Shown: positions 1 through 13,121, counted from the first letter of the whole stretch. The stretch is 63,643 nucleotides of DNA, filler included, from Octopus bimaculoides (GCF_001194135.2; 5 parts of 5 records of this genome joined end to end with filler, not necessarily neighbours in it); one strand, 5' to 3'. A program made the numbers and translations. Notes: generated by a model from the letters alone, not told the origin.

Positions 1-88
1 TTATAACAGAAGACAGGTGCTACGCAGTGAGACTAAATCCGGAACCATGTAGCTGATGAGCAAGCTACTTACCACACAGTCACTCCTG

Positions 89-322
89 TAAGGCGGCGAG
101 CTGGCAGAAACTTTAGCACGCCGGGCGAAATGCTTAGCGGTATTTCGTCTGCCGCTACGTTCTGAGTTCAAATTCCGCCGAGGTCGACTTTGCCTTTCAT
201 CCTTTCGGGGTCGATTAAATAAGTACCAGTTACGCACTAGGGTCGATATAATCGACTTAATCCGTTTGTCTGTCCTTGTTTGTCCCCTCTGTGTGTAGCC
301 CCTTGTGGGTAATAAAGAAATG
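89..322 (+). mobile_element. tRNA-head SINE (family S2, aaggcggcgagctggcag...) inserted into another SINE
   Basis: B-box-like gagttcaaattcc. 15-bp TSD acacagtcactcctg at 74-88 and 323-337. Related copies near 5672-6070(-), 18158-18355(-), 35040-35215(+), 41165-41367(-), 42790-42905(-), 60685-60857(-), 62150-62551(-). Confidence 0.9.
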
Positions 323-899
323 ACACAGTCACTCCTGCGCCTATTGTATATATAGCATTTCGATAAAAAATATATATATGTCAATATTTCCATATATAGA
401 TGCGCAACAAAAACAATAATGCTGAAGAATCACATTTTAATGTGTGTAGAGAATCATTACACCAATATTAATAACATGCACCGGTTCAATATCTTTCGTA
501 CCAGTAAATTGTTTAATATTTATCCAAGTAACTAATCGATGGTTTGTTTAATTTGTTGGTTACTAAACATTTTTTTCTCGTTAAAGTCCTTTTATCGCCG
601 GCCCGGGAGATATAGTCATTGAAAAGGTTGCGTATGATGACGAAAGAACCTGACGAGCAAAAAACAATAAAGCCAAAAACAACAAAATATCATTGATTGT
701 TTAACCAATGAGTCGAAGACACTTCCGCAACACACCATATATATATATATATACATATTAGAGTAGATGAAAATATGTGATTTGTAAAAACATATGACAT
801 GTACAACCATCCAGATCTCTGAATACCTTATTTTTCTAATATATAATATCTCTACATCACCTCCAAACCTTCTAATNNNNNNNNNNTATATATATGTAT

Positions 900-1345
900 A
901 TATATATATTACATATGTGGATAAATCGGCGTTTGTTTGTGGCGTTGTTAGCTAACTCCTCCTACATCGTTTTAATGATTTTGATGAAACTTGACACGTG
1001 AGTAGAACTCATGTTTAGACACCTCGTGGCATACTTAGATACTTTTATATCTACCTCATATAACTAAATTTTTTTAAACACTCAAGGGAAATTACCCATT
1101 TCATTGTTAATGTTCGATTACCTTGAATATTGATTTTTTTATGTGTCCTATATCTAATTTTTGCAGACAGTATCATTTTTATACTTTATTTGACACGTGT
1201 GTAGAACTCATATCTGGAAACCTCGTGACATACTTAGATTGTTGAAAAAAAAATCGATAATAGGGCCCTTCCAATGGATCCTTCTATCTACTACATATTA
1301 CTAAAATTTTATTTAAACAACCCAAGGGAAATAACCCATACCACC
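900..1345. repeat. Non-autonomous repeat with an internal tandem duplication (possibly Helitron/HINE-like)
   Basis: Unit ttgacacgtg.gtagaactcat...catacttagat...caagggaaa.tacccat occurs at about 989-1100 and 1189-1340, after an (AT)n and gtttgtttgt head. Confidence 0.45.
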
Positions 1346-2216
1346 TGCAGATTTTAGCGAAACGATCAATATTTGATTCTCACGATCAGGCGACCTAATT
1401 CTGCATTTCACTACTCACAGTTTTGGACTGCTAAACATTATTATTGTACTTCCTTAATTTGAATCATAAACATTAAAGACTTCATTCATACATTTCTATA
1501 CATACATACTTTTTTGAATGCCCGTTAATCCGATAATTCTGCACTTTTACAGTTACACTTTTTCCATGACAGTTAGATAAATTTTTTATTCCACAACATA
1601 TTTGTAGTGGTTTCATGCAGGCATATCGTGGATTCAATCCTCAATTGCCAAATTTCACTTAACACTTCAACAGCGCTTTTCTCACAGTAAAACAATAGTT
1701 TCTGTGAATGACAGCAGTTATACATTTCCCAGATGCTTTCGCTAAGTACAATAATGTTTTTGCCTCTTGCCAACCTCCGACAACCTCTCTCACCAACCTC
1801 CGATAATCTTTCTCACCAACTTCCGAAATCCTCGCTCGCCAGCCTCCAACAATCTCTACCTCCTCCAGTTGACAGTTTTTCTGTACTTTTTCGTGACTGA
1901 AAATACACCTTTTGANNNNNNNNNNNNNNNNNNNNNNNNNNNNNNNNNNNNNNNNNNNNNNNNNNNNNNNNNNNNNNNNNNNNNNNNNNNNNNNNNNNNN
2001 NNNNNNNNNNNNNNNNNNNNNNNNNNNNNNNNNNNNNNNNNNNNNNNNNNNNNNNNNNNNNNNNNNNNNNNNNNNNNNNNNNNNNNNNNNNNNNNNNNNN
2101 NNNNNNNNNNNNNNNNNNNNNNNNNNNNNNNNNNNNNNNNNNNNNNNNNNNNNNNNNNNNNNNNNNNNNNNNNNNNNNNNNNNNNNNNNNNNNNNNNNNN
2201 NNNNNNNNNNNNNNNN

Positions 2217-2269
<53 letters not shown>

Positions 2270-2303
2270 GTGTGTATATATATATGTATATATATATATA
2301 TAC

Positions 2304-2337
<34 letters not shown>

Positions 2338-2733
2338 ATGTATATATGTATATATCTACAGTTTCACATAAACGTGATTTGAGCCGATGTTGTGAGGATG
2401 ACTTCCAGCGTTCGGACGCAGCCAGAACGTCTGTGTCCCTTCCTGCTGGCCACGACTTCGTGGTCTCCGTTACAGCTGTCCGTTTAATGACGTACAGCCT
2501 TTATAATGTCCACAGAGCATTGAGCAGCAGTCATGGTGACGGCATCCTGATAACCGGCCCAAATCGTCATGGCACGGGTAACTATTTCCAGTATTCAGAT
2601 GGCTTCTAGTCCTCCATGTCAGCTGACTTTTTCTTAACTACACCTTTAATCTTTATGCGCTCCAACGCCGTCGACTATTCACTTCCTGATAAGAGGAGAA
2701 ATAAAAAAACAAATTTAGTCGGAACGCCCTATA

Positions 2734-2799
<66 letters not shown>

Positions 2800-3898
2800 C
2801 AGAGACAGAGACAGAGAGAGAGAGATGAAGGGATGGATGAATAGGTGGACGGAAGGATGGATGGATGAATAGAGACATAGATATATACAATTATACTTAC
2901 ATAGAATAACAGAATATATATATTCATGCATAAACATACGGTCAAAGTTACATAGATCTCAAAGAAAATCATAAATTCACTCGTGCATGAATACATATTT
3001 CCTTAATACGCTCTAATACTCACAATCTAGCGATGTTCTATGCTTGTATAAAAGTTAAACATATCATTTTATACGAATGCTGTTTCGTGTGTGCATTTTT
3101 GTATACATACATATATATATACACACACACACANNNNNNNNNNNNNNNNNNNNNNNNNNNNNNNNNNNNNNNNNNNNNNNNNNNNNNNNNNNNNNNNNNN
3201 NNNNNNNNNNNNNNNNNNNNNNNNNNNNNNNNNNNNNNNNNNNNNNNNNNNNNNNNNNNNNNNNNNNNNNNNNNNNNNNNNNNNNNNNNNNNNNNNNNNN
3301 NNNNNNNNNNNNNNNNNNNNNNNNNNNNNNNNNNNNNNNNNNNNNNNNNNNNNNNNNNNNNNNNNNNNNNNNNNNNNNNNNNNNNNNNNNNNNNNNNNNN
3401 NNNNNNNNNNNNNNNNNNNNNNNNNNNNNNNNNNNNNNNNNNNNNNNNNNNNNNNNNNNNNNNNNNNNNNNNNNNNNNNNNNNNNNNNNNNNNNNNNNNN
3501 NNNNNNNNNNNNNNNNNNNNNNNNNNNNNNNNNNNNNNNNNNNNNNNNNNNNNNNNNNNNNNNNNNNNNNNNNNNNNNNNNNNNNNNNNNNNNNNNNNNN
3601 NNNNNNNNNNNNNNNNNNNNNNNNNNNNNNNNNNNNNNNNNNNNNNNNNNNNNNNNNNNNNNNNNNNNNNNNNNNNNNNNNNNNNNNNNNNNNNNNNNNN
3701 NNNNNNNNNNNNNNNNNNNNNNNNNNNNNNNNNNNNNNNNNNNNNNNNNNNNNNNNNNNNNNNNNNNNNNNNNNNNNNNNNNNNNNNNNNNNNNNNNNNN
3801 NNNNNNNNNNNNNNNNNNNNNNNNNNNNNNNNNNNNNNNNNNNNNNNNNNNNNNNNNNNNNNNNNNNNNNNNNNNNNNNNNNNNNNNNNNNNNNNNNN

Positions 3899-3952
<54 letters not shown>

Positions 3953-5671
3953 TATATATATGAATATATATATGTGTGTGTATATATATATATATATTGG
4001 TAGCATATATACTTACCTATGCACACATATATATATACACACACACATACAGATGCATACACACACACACACATATATATACAGAAGTATATACTAATAA
4101 ATAGACACCTATGTATCGATGTATATGTGTACGCACGCTAGCGCGCGCACACACTAATGTACAATCTGAATACGTGTGTTTGAACGTCCGAAAATATGTT
4201 TGAGATCTGAGTTAGCGGCCATCTTTCAAATTCCGAAAGTACATGTGTGGGTGTGTTATTGTATGTGTACATCTATGCACTACAACAAACAGGCCATCTT
4301 TCCGTGGGGTTTCAAAACGAAATAACAATGTCAAGTCCTTATTTCCGAAAATAAAAAGAAATGTCCTGTGCATAGCGTTACAAAGTGTAATTTTCGCAAT
4401 TCAATGTTGAGATAATTGTGGCTGTAGTTATTTCCTACGGAAATGTTTTTGACCACTATTAAGTTATTAGGGCAAATGCATTCATTTTTATTTCTCTCCA
4501 TAGATGGTCGTAATGACGTCGACCCCTTTGAGATTTGTCTTTTAACTATGTTTCCCACGTAAGAAATACATTTGAGTTTTTCCTTTTATGATGTTTCCCA
4601 GAAGTAATTTTCGTGTAAAAATTGCTTTCTTAGATCAATTAATTGTTTCCCCTGTACTACTTACTTCCTTAAGTTTATTTAACGAAACAAGTATTATTTA
4701 CTGGTTTAAAGTAAAAAAAAACAAAAAAAAACTAATTATATCTCATGATTCTTTAAGTTTTGAATATATTTTGAAGATCATTATACCTGGTTGCTTGATA
4801 GTTAGAAATAGCAGGGAAATTTCCCTCAAATCACCCCCTATTGTCTTAAGGAACGAGAACATTAGAGAATTTTTGATATATGAAAATACAGACTGATCAC
4901 AGCTTGAACGCCTTTGATCATAATTTTGCCCGATTAGGGCTAACTTAGGGCTTTCCAGCACCATCACTAAGCCGATTTGTAAGATCGGCTGAAATGGATT
5001 TAACATACTGTATAATTTAAGATTAATATATATGTGTATGTGTTTATAACCTAAGGAGACATAACAGATGGCACGTTATTTGTACAAATACTGGTTACAA
5101 ATCAGAACTTAATCATGTACTGTTGATATGATACTATTGTAAGAATATGAAAGTGAAATGTTACAATGCAGTTCTATGCTGCAACTTTAATAATCTTAGT
5201 ATACAAAAATCAACTAGGTCGCGTTATCTTATGCGATCTACTTATATGTTTCTAATATACCTGATAATCATGCTAGTTGTGGCAGTTTGCACAATAATAT
5301 TTGTCCACTTACTCTGGTAATTTTGCAGCTGTTGTAAGAGATACGTGCAGTAATAATTAGATTTAACCTTAACAGATGAGAAAAAAATATCCGGCCAGTA
5401 GAAAAACAAGAGCAAAATTTAGAATATTATTGTTATTGCTAATTTATCAGGAAGTTGATTTTAGAAAAACAGATCGATGAAAAGAATTGATAAATAGTTA
5501 TGTATGAAAGAGTTGCCAGGCAGATTTCTCCCGTAGTGAGCAATAAACTGTTAATTTTCAACAAAACAAGTGACACATATTGTCCACTAAAAATCTTTTT
5601 TTGTTTTTGTTTTTGCGCTTACTTTATTGTGAGAATGACACAATGTTAGGGTGAATAAATACGCTTTTCTA

Positions 5672-6070
5672 CTCTAGGCACAAGGCCCGAAATTTTTGGG
5701 GAAGGGGACCAGTTGTAACTGGTATTTAATTTATCGACTCCGAAATAATGAAAGGCAAAGTCGACCTCGGCGGAATTTGGACTCAGGACGTAAAAACAGA
5801 CGAAATACCGCTAGGCATTTCGCCCGGCGTGCTAACGTTTCTTATTTCTTCATTGCTCACAAGGGGCTAAACACAGAGGGGACAAACAAGGACAGACAAA
5901 GGATTAAGTCGATTACATCGACCCCAGTGCGTAACTGGTACTTAATTTATCGATTCCGAAAGGATGAAAGGCAAAGTCGACTTTGGCGGAATTTGAACTC
6001 AGAACGTAACGGCAGACGAAATACCACTAAGCATTTCGCCCGGCGTGCTAATGTTTCTGCCAGCTCGCCG
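5672..6070 (-). mobile_element. Two tandem S2 SINE copies
   Basis: The block ...aaggcaaagtcgac...ggcggaattt...actcag...gcatttcgcccggcgtgctaa occurs twice (about 5750-5840 and 5965-6065). Confidence 0.88.
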
Positions 6071-6962
6071 TCTTCGTCTTAAGGTTGATTGAATATGGTC
6101 AGTTAGAGTAGAATCTCGTGGTTCAAGTCAGTCAATGTAGCATCTAAATATACTTTGTATTTTGTATTATGTTCTGACAGATTTGCTGACATAAAAACTG
6201 AATATCTAGGTTTTTGTACCAATTAGTCATTTATACATATTGGGTTCACTTTTTGTCTCCCATGGTCTTTTATCATGACCCAGGTCCTTACAAACACTGA
6301 ATTTTGTAGTGTTCATAAAAAAAAACACAGACACACACACACAAAGAAAAAAAAACAATACAATATTTCTGTTCATCTCAAAAATGTTTCTTTTCAGCTA
6401 TATATACAGTGCCAGAATGAGTTGAATGCTTCGTTAGATGTTATTCTAAATACGAGAGCTAAACCTCTTAGTTTATATCTTCAAGAGGTTAAAACGTCTT
6501 TCATATGGATTAGATAGATTTTTGAATTTTCTGATAGAATACTTATTTGAAGTATTAATGTCATATGTCGTTCTGTAAAACACCATGTTTTGAACAATTT
6601 GATTACTTGCTCTCGTAGTGTACTGGATAAGAAAAATACTGCAACACTATGTTAAAGTTTGTGACAGTCCAATCCAAGATCAACACATCTACATATAAAT
6701 GAAGCAAATTTGACACCTATTAAATAAATCAAAGTAACAATGCGTGAGACCGAAACAGTCTCTATTGAATGTTCATCTCGAAGCATTGAAGATGTTAAAG
6801 GATGCTTCAAGAGATAAGTACCCTTCTGATGAAACTTATAACCACAGTTAGGACTGGGTAATCCTTGGCAATCCTTGATTATCAAGATAGTCCCTTGTGT
6901 GATCATAAATGTTCGTCTCTCTTGTGAGACATATACTTTATACCAACTTATGTGTTTGTCCA

Positions 6963-7363
6963 GTGGAGGCGCAATGGCTCAGTGATTAGGGCAGCGGACT
7001 CGCGGTCGTAGGATCGCGGTTTCGATTCCCAGACCGGGCGTTGTGAGTGTTTATTGAGCGAAAACACCTAAAACTCCACGAGGCTCCGGCAGGGGATGGT
7101 GGTGAACCCTGCTGTACTCTTTCACCACAACTTTCTCTCGCTCTTACTTCCCGTTTCTGTTGTGCCTGTAATTCAAAGGGTCAGCCTTGTCACACTGTGT
7201 CACGCTGAATCTCCCCCGAGAACTACGTTAAGGGTACACGTATCTGTAGAGTGCTCAGCCACTTGCACGTTAATTTCACGAACAGGCTGTTCCGTTGATC
7301 GGATCAACTGGAACCCTCGACGTCGTAACCGACGGAGTGCCAACCAACCAACCAACCAACCAA
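6963..7363 (+). mobile_element. tRNA-head SINE (family S1, gtggaggcgcaatgg...gacggagtgcc) with (CAAC)n tail
   Basis: A-box tggctcagtg and B-box gtttcgattcc; near-identical to the copies at 11392 and 17315. Confidence 0.92.
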
Positions 7364-8339
7364 TGTACGTATGTATGCATGTATGTATGTAGTGTCCACG
7401 TAAATTACTTGTGTGATTTACATCCTAACACCTCAACAGACTAAAGTATCTTTAAATATAGTCATAACTCATGGCAAAACTCAGTCATTTAATATATACA
7501 GATCGATAAAATTAGTACCAGACTAAGTATAGGGCAGTATTCTCCATGTGCTACAAGTTGCTTGTTGCACACACATCAAGATAAAATTTTCTCACTAATA
7601 ATTCTGTTGCTGGAGTATCAGGATATTATAATCTAATCATAATTTGTTTTCAACTCATTAACAATGATTAAGTCGGATGAAAGTCGTATTATGAACAGAA
7701 ATTACCAGAATATGTTCCCAGTTACCACTAAATACATTGTCTCTAATTGCTGAGATTCTTTATCTAAAATGTGAACTTTGTACCATGCCCACATACAATA
7801 TTTATCTATCCCATCCTATAGTGACATATGACATCTATTATCATTAATGATATAAAATATCTATTTATTCCGAAGTGACGTATAAAGTTAGTATCTCGAA
7901 CCTAAAGGCCCATTAGGCCGGGGTTTGTCTCACTGATGTTTAAGCTACTGGGAGCAAAAGACTTCTCCCAGGACGCAACGTTAGATACTCGTTTCCGCAT
8001 GAGTGAACTGAATCAATGTGAAACAGTGACGTACTTTGATTCAGAACACAGGACAAAGACAACCCCGACTGAACTTGAACCCAGATCGTAAATGTAACGA
8101 AAGTAAATAGTTTGAAACCTTTAACCCAGCGCCCCACAGTTTCTGCCAAACTACCATTCTCCTTTATGTAAACCATAACAGTGCTGGTTCGATGCAATTA
8201 TTTTTTTAGCTTTTAAAGTCATGCTAATTAGAAATTAAGTGTAATTACATGTAGCAGTCAACAAGCGCAAATAGAGTAACTACCATATTAATTAAATAAC
8301 CCAATTACAGAATAGCTTATCATTGTCATCATTTTTACA

Positions 8340-8585
8340 TCCGTTTTTCCATTCTTGGACCAATCTTCACCAACACAACAACTTATTACTCGTGTTCTTG
8401 TCGCTTCATTCATGAGATTCAGCTTTCCTGAATTTTTAGATCAGTTTCCACTTTTCTACAATATTTTCATTTGTCTTCTCTTTCTACAATTTCTTTCCAC
8501 GTGAATCTTCCAGCGCTTTTTACAAAACTGTTATCGTCCATTTGCGTTGCATGTCTGCACCAATACAATCTCCTTTTTTGCTCAT
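8340..8585 (-). mobile_element. Decayed RTE-clade LINE 3' end
   Basis: Minus-strand translation with stops resembles the C-terminal W.GHV.RM...VK....EG...RGRP region of RTE ORFs. Confidence 0.5.
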
Positions 8586-8600
8586 TATATTTGATTGCTT

Positions 8601-9140
8601 GGATCTTTTTTAAAACGGGGGCCACATTTTTCATTAACGAAACACTTTGAAACTTGGAACACTGGTAGAATGTGTCATATAAAACATCTTTTTCTCTTAG
8701 TCTTCTTAAAAAAAAAGAAATCCCAAAGTTATTCCATGTTAAAGTTGTATTTCTGTAATTTCAACCAATCACTGACGTCTATTCAGCCGATATACATTAA
8801 GTGCCNNNNNNNNNNTCTGAAACAATTCTATCGGTGATAGGGTTAGGGTTATGGTTAGGGTTAGGGTAAAACAGCAAATTTAAAAAGAAAAAAGCAAATA
8901 AAACGAAGCTATGACTTAATCAGCCAAAGGAGTAAATGTAAACAACTGAATACTTGTCAGTGATTGGTTGAAATTATCGAAATAAGACAATTTTTTACAT
9001 GAAATAAATTCGAATACAAAAATATTTTTCTGTTCTATAACACAAAATAGATAAGTATACGAAGTTTGAAAGTCTTTCGGTACCAAAAACACTACGTAAA
9101 ACATTAATGAAAAATGTGGTCCCCGTTTTAAAAAAGATCC
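8601..9140. mobile_element. MITE with about 37-bp TIRs, GG termini and 8-bp TSD (Merlin-like), with a TTAGGG core
   Basis: TIR ggatcttttttaaaacgggg.ccacatttttcattaa at 8601-8636 and 9104-9140. TSD gattgctt at 8593-8600 and 9141-9148. A second internal inverted repeat at about 8757-8786 / 8946-8974. Confidence 0.85.
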
Positions 9141-9305
9141 GATTGCTTTTCGGTTCAGCTATGCTCTCAGATTCTTTGTGCTTCATCGTTCATGTACACC
9201 AACCTTACGCATCCAGTTGATGATACTGTAACGCCAATCAATGGATATGACACCACCCTTTACTACCCGATGTATGTATGTATGTATGTACGTACGTACG
9301 TATGT

Positions 9306-9570
9306 GTGGAGGCGCAATGGCCCGTGGTTAGGGCAGCAGACTCGCGATTTCGTTTCCTAGACCGGGCGTTGTGAGTGTTTATTCAGCGAAAACACCTAAA
9401 GCACCACAAGGCTCCGGCAAGGGGTGGTAACGAACCCTGCTGTACTCTTTCACCACAACTTTCTCTCACACTATCTTCCTGTTTCTGTTGTACCTGTATT
9501 TCAAAGGGCCAGCCTTGTCACACTCTGTGTCACGCTGAATCTCCCCAGAGAACTACGTTAAGGGTACACG
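9306..9570 (+). mobile_element. S1 SINE, 3'-truncated and internally deleted
   Basis: Matches the S1 copies up to ctacgttaagggtacacg. Confidence 0.88.
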
Positions 9571-9574
9571 AATA

Positions 9575-11370
9575 GTTTGCCTGAGTTCTACTTTGCCGAA
9601 TATTTTCACCGTCCCAGGGACTTACCCTGGTGGTCTGACAGCTTTACCTGAATTCATGTCCTTAATCTCACTCTCAACCATACAGTTGTCAACATTATTA
9701 GCTAGCCCTTCAGCTGAATCTATTTAGTGCCTCTTTCCAGAAATTCTCTACATGCAGCAACCTCTTGTAACATTTCCAAGCATCTTTCTTCTCAGCGTTG
9801 ATGAGACTAAGCGCGTCAATCATTCCTAATGCACTATTTCCAATGCCTTCATTCACACTGCTTTGCAATTCAAAATACAGCGTGCCGCTGATCCTCTCAA
9901 CGCAGAACTGTAGCGAATCGCTTACTTTCAGTTTCTCTTAGCGGTTTAATGAAATTCCTTGCTTCTCCACTTTTTGTTTCCATTCTTTCTGGTCCTTAGC
10001 TTTTATTGCTCTATTTACTATATCATTTCATCACAATATCATCTATCTGGAATGCTCTTTGTTCTTGCACATTTTTTCACTCTTTCCAGATTGGCCTCTA
10101 AGCTTTTATGATTGTAGCTTTCGTACAATTCCACCACCGCGTCGTCACCTTCCGTCTGGTTGATGCTTTGCTCCAATCTTGTCTGTGGTTCACAGCTGGT
10201 TATCTTGCAGAAACTACCGGTTGTTCTCTATCTTCTCTTCGTCTAGAAGATACTCCAGATTATCTTTACCTCTCAGTATTTAGCCCTTATCCTGAAGCCA
10301 CAAATCAGTTGTTCATGGTGGATATATTCTTCATTGGAGAGTAACTTAATATTCACGATCATCATTAAATCCTGTTTTTTGATGAGAATGAAATTCATCT
10401 GGCATATTCACCAGAGTAATGGTAAATGATCAAGGAGCTGGTAGGTTTCCCAAAGTTAGCATTTTTCATTTACATCAAGAAGTTCAGGAATTTTGACCAC
10501 TCCCCATTGTTTGTACCATAACCGTAGCCTCTATATACACAAGAGTAGCCATCATAGTGTACCCTAATATGTCCATTGACATTTATAGTTGAGACATAAA
10601 TAGTTCCTTTTGTTTATTTGTGAGTCCTAATTGTGGTACATAATCAGGGGTAATAGTTGCAATCACATTGCCTATGACCAGCTTCAACTTAATTATTTTA
10701 TCATGTACTCTCACTATCATCATCATCATCATCGTCGTCGTTTAACGTCCGCTTTCCATGCTAGCATGGGTTGGACGATTTGACTGAGGACTGGTGAAAC
10801 CAGATGGCTACACCAGGCTCCAATCTGATTTGGCAGAGTTTCTACAGCTGGATGCCTTTCCTAACGCCAACCACTCCGAGAGTGGGTGCTTTTACGTGCC
10901 ACCGGCACGAAGGCCAGTCAGGCGGTACTGGCAACGGCCACACTCAAAATGGTGTATTTTATGTGTCACCTGCACAAGAGCCAGTCCAGCAGCACTGGCA
11001 ACGATCTCGCTTGAATGTCTTTACACGTGCCAGGAAGGCGATGCTGGGCACAGGTACAATGACGGTTTCGCTTTTGCTTGCCCCAATAGGTCTTTGCAAG
11101 CCGAGTCTCGTTTCCAATGAAGGAGACGACGTTGGCATGGGTGCCTGTCGTCGAATTTAATTCGATCAATTAATCTCTCTGTCAACAATAAGAATTTGTA
11201 CCTATGTTCTTAGTCCATGAAGAATCAAGCTTTGATTCCTCTACGACTTGTCTCTTGTACACTGCACACATCTATTTTGCTCTAGCATCTCTGCAATCTC
11301 TCCAGACTTATCTTTCATTGTGCCAATGCTGACAGGAAGATTTCCAGTTATGGATAGGTAGTGTGCATCT
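9575..11370 (-). mobile_element. Decayed RTE (BovB-like) LINE: AP endonuclease through start of RT, interrupted by a SINE
   Basis: Frameshifted minus-strand peptides VGTMKDKSGEIAEMLEQ, ITPDYVPQLGL, TTRWWN and DAWKCYKRLLHVENFWKE match the layout of an RTE ORF. Confidence 0.75.
10715..11160 (-). mobile_element. Interspersed repeat family S4 ((GAT)n tail, RTE-like 3' end)
   Basis: Plus strand reads catcatcatc...tttaacgtccgctttccatgctagcatgggttgg. Related copies at about 15505-15840, 22075-22340 and (opposite orientation) 14850-15230. Confidence 0.85.
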
Positions 11371-11391
11371 AATACTGTTACAGAGTAGCTA

Positions 11392-11776
11392 GTGGAGGCG
11401 GAATGGCCCAGTGGTTAGCGCAGCAGACTCGCGGTCATAGGATCGCGGTTTCGATTCCCAGACCGGGCATTGTGAGTGTTTATTGAGCGAAAACACCTAA
11501 AGCTCCACGAGGCTCCGGCAGGGGATGGTGGCGAACCCTGCTGTACTCTTTCACCACAACTTTCTCTCACTCTTACTTCCTGTTTCTGTTGTGCCTGTAA
11601 TTCAAAGGGTCAGCCTTGTCACACTGTGTCACACTGAATATCCCCGAGAACTACGTTAAGGGTACACGTGTCTCTGGAGTGCTCAGCCACTTGCACATTA
11701 ATTTCGCGAACAGGCTGTTCCGTTGATTGGATCAACTGGAACCCTCAACGTCGTAAGCGACGGAGTGCCAACAACA
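11392..11776 (+). mobile_element. Full-length S1 SINE with 12-bp TSD
   Basis: TSD acagagtagcta at 11380-11391 and 11777-11788; (AAC)n tail. Confidence 0.95.
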
Positions 11777-11930
11777 ACAGAGTAGCTAAATAGTACCACT
11801 TTAGTGTAGCAACATAACTACAATATCAGTTAAATGTATTAACATACATAATTTGCTTTTTATAGTAACACAAGGAAACATCAACAAATATAAGACTGAA
11901 CAAAATTAGAATAAATTGAACAAAAAAGAT

Positions 11931-12074
11931 TTATTTGTTACAAGATACAGTTGTCTGTTGAGAAGTAGAAGCACCGAGTGAGGACTTGTATTTAATGAAG
12001 CGTATCAAGTTTAGTTTGGCAGTGCTTATCACAGGGTCTTTGTATTTCTGTTTCTGTGAACGGGAACCAACAGC
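11931..12074 (-). CDS. HEATR3: HEATR3 terminal coding exon, AVGSRSQKQKYKDPVISTAKLNLIRFIKYKSSLGASTSQQTTVSCNK*
   Basis: Acceptor ccttgtttctttcag, 144 nt ending in TAA. K.NL.RFI.Y matches the HEATR3 C-terminal motif (human KMNLRRFIAY). Confidence 0.92.
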   Translation of the reverse strand, partial: AVGSRSQKQKYKDPVISTAKLNLIRFIKYKSSLGASTSQQTTVSCNK

Positions 12075-12125
12075 CTGAAAGAAACAAGGTGACTTATTAG
12101 GAATCTAATTAAAAGGTCTAATTAT

Positions 12126-12342
12126 ACTCTTTACTCTTTTACTTGTTTCAGTCATTTGACTGCGGCCATGCTGGAGCACCGGCTTTAGTCGAGCGCAAAT
12201 CGACCCCAGGACTTATTCTTTGTAAGCCTAGTACTTATTCTATTGATCTCTTTTGCCGAACCGCTAAGTTACGGGTACGTAAACACACCAGCGTTGGTTG
12301 TCAAGCGATGTTGGGGGGACAAACACATACACACAAGCACAT

Positions 12343-12377
<35 letters not shown>

Positions 12378-12380
12378 CGA
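12126..12380 (-). mobile_element. SINE family S3, 3' half
   Basis: Plus strand reads ttactcttttacttgtttcagtcatttgactgcggccatgctggagcacc...; same family as 12890-13285 and 13990-14372. Confidence 0.9.
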
Positions 12381-12889
12381 GAAAAATTAGCAGATGGATG
12401 TTGTTGTTGTTTAAAAAATGTCAGCTACAAGTACCTCTGGGAAAAGCATGAATACTACTTCTAACAACAAGAAGGCTACAAGCAAACTTTGGATTGCTTT
12501 TAGTTTTAGCAATGTTACTATATTTCCTCTTTGTAAATAAGAGGGTTTGTGCCACTATAAGAATTTTGGCAAATGTGATATAATGTATTTTGATCTGTGT
12601 GCTAGTGAAAGCACAGTACCAAAACTACCATTACTAACTGAGCTGAGCTTAGAAATTTGTTTTAATGGGAACACTTTCTGCATGTGTCCAAATGTTTAGA
12701 TTCCTTCCAATCTATCCTATCACACTGCAGTAGATGCAAAACGAAGAAAATAATAAATTTTCCCTTGTACAATTTTCTTTTGAATGAACAACATTATCTA
12801 ATACTGGCTTCAAATTTTGGCACAAGGCCAGCAATTTTAGGGGAGGAAGTAAGTCGATTACATTGACATCATACTCAACTGGTTTCTTT

Positions 12890-13078
12890 TATTCTTTTTA
12901 TTTGTTTCAGTCATTTGACTGTGAGCATGCAAATCGACCCCAGGACTTATTCTTTGTAAGCCTAGTACTTATTCTATCAGACTATTGCCAAACCGCTAAG
13001 TGACGGGGATGTAAACACACCAGCATCGGTTGTCAAGCGATATTGGGGGGACAAACACAGACACACAAACATATACAT

Positions 13079-13121
<43 letters not shown>

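Noticed and set aside
6963-7040. tRNA gene calls at SINE heads
   Set aside because: A and B boxes are present but there is no complete cloverleaf, and the sequences continue into shared SINE bodies with TSDs.
8838-8867. TTAGGG repeats as a telomere or chromosome fusion site
   Set aside because: Only about 5 units, internal to a TIR/TSD-bounded MITE.
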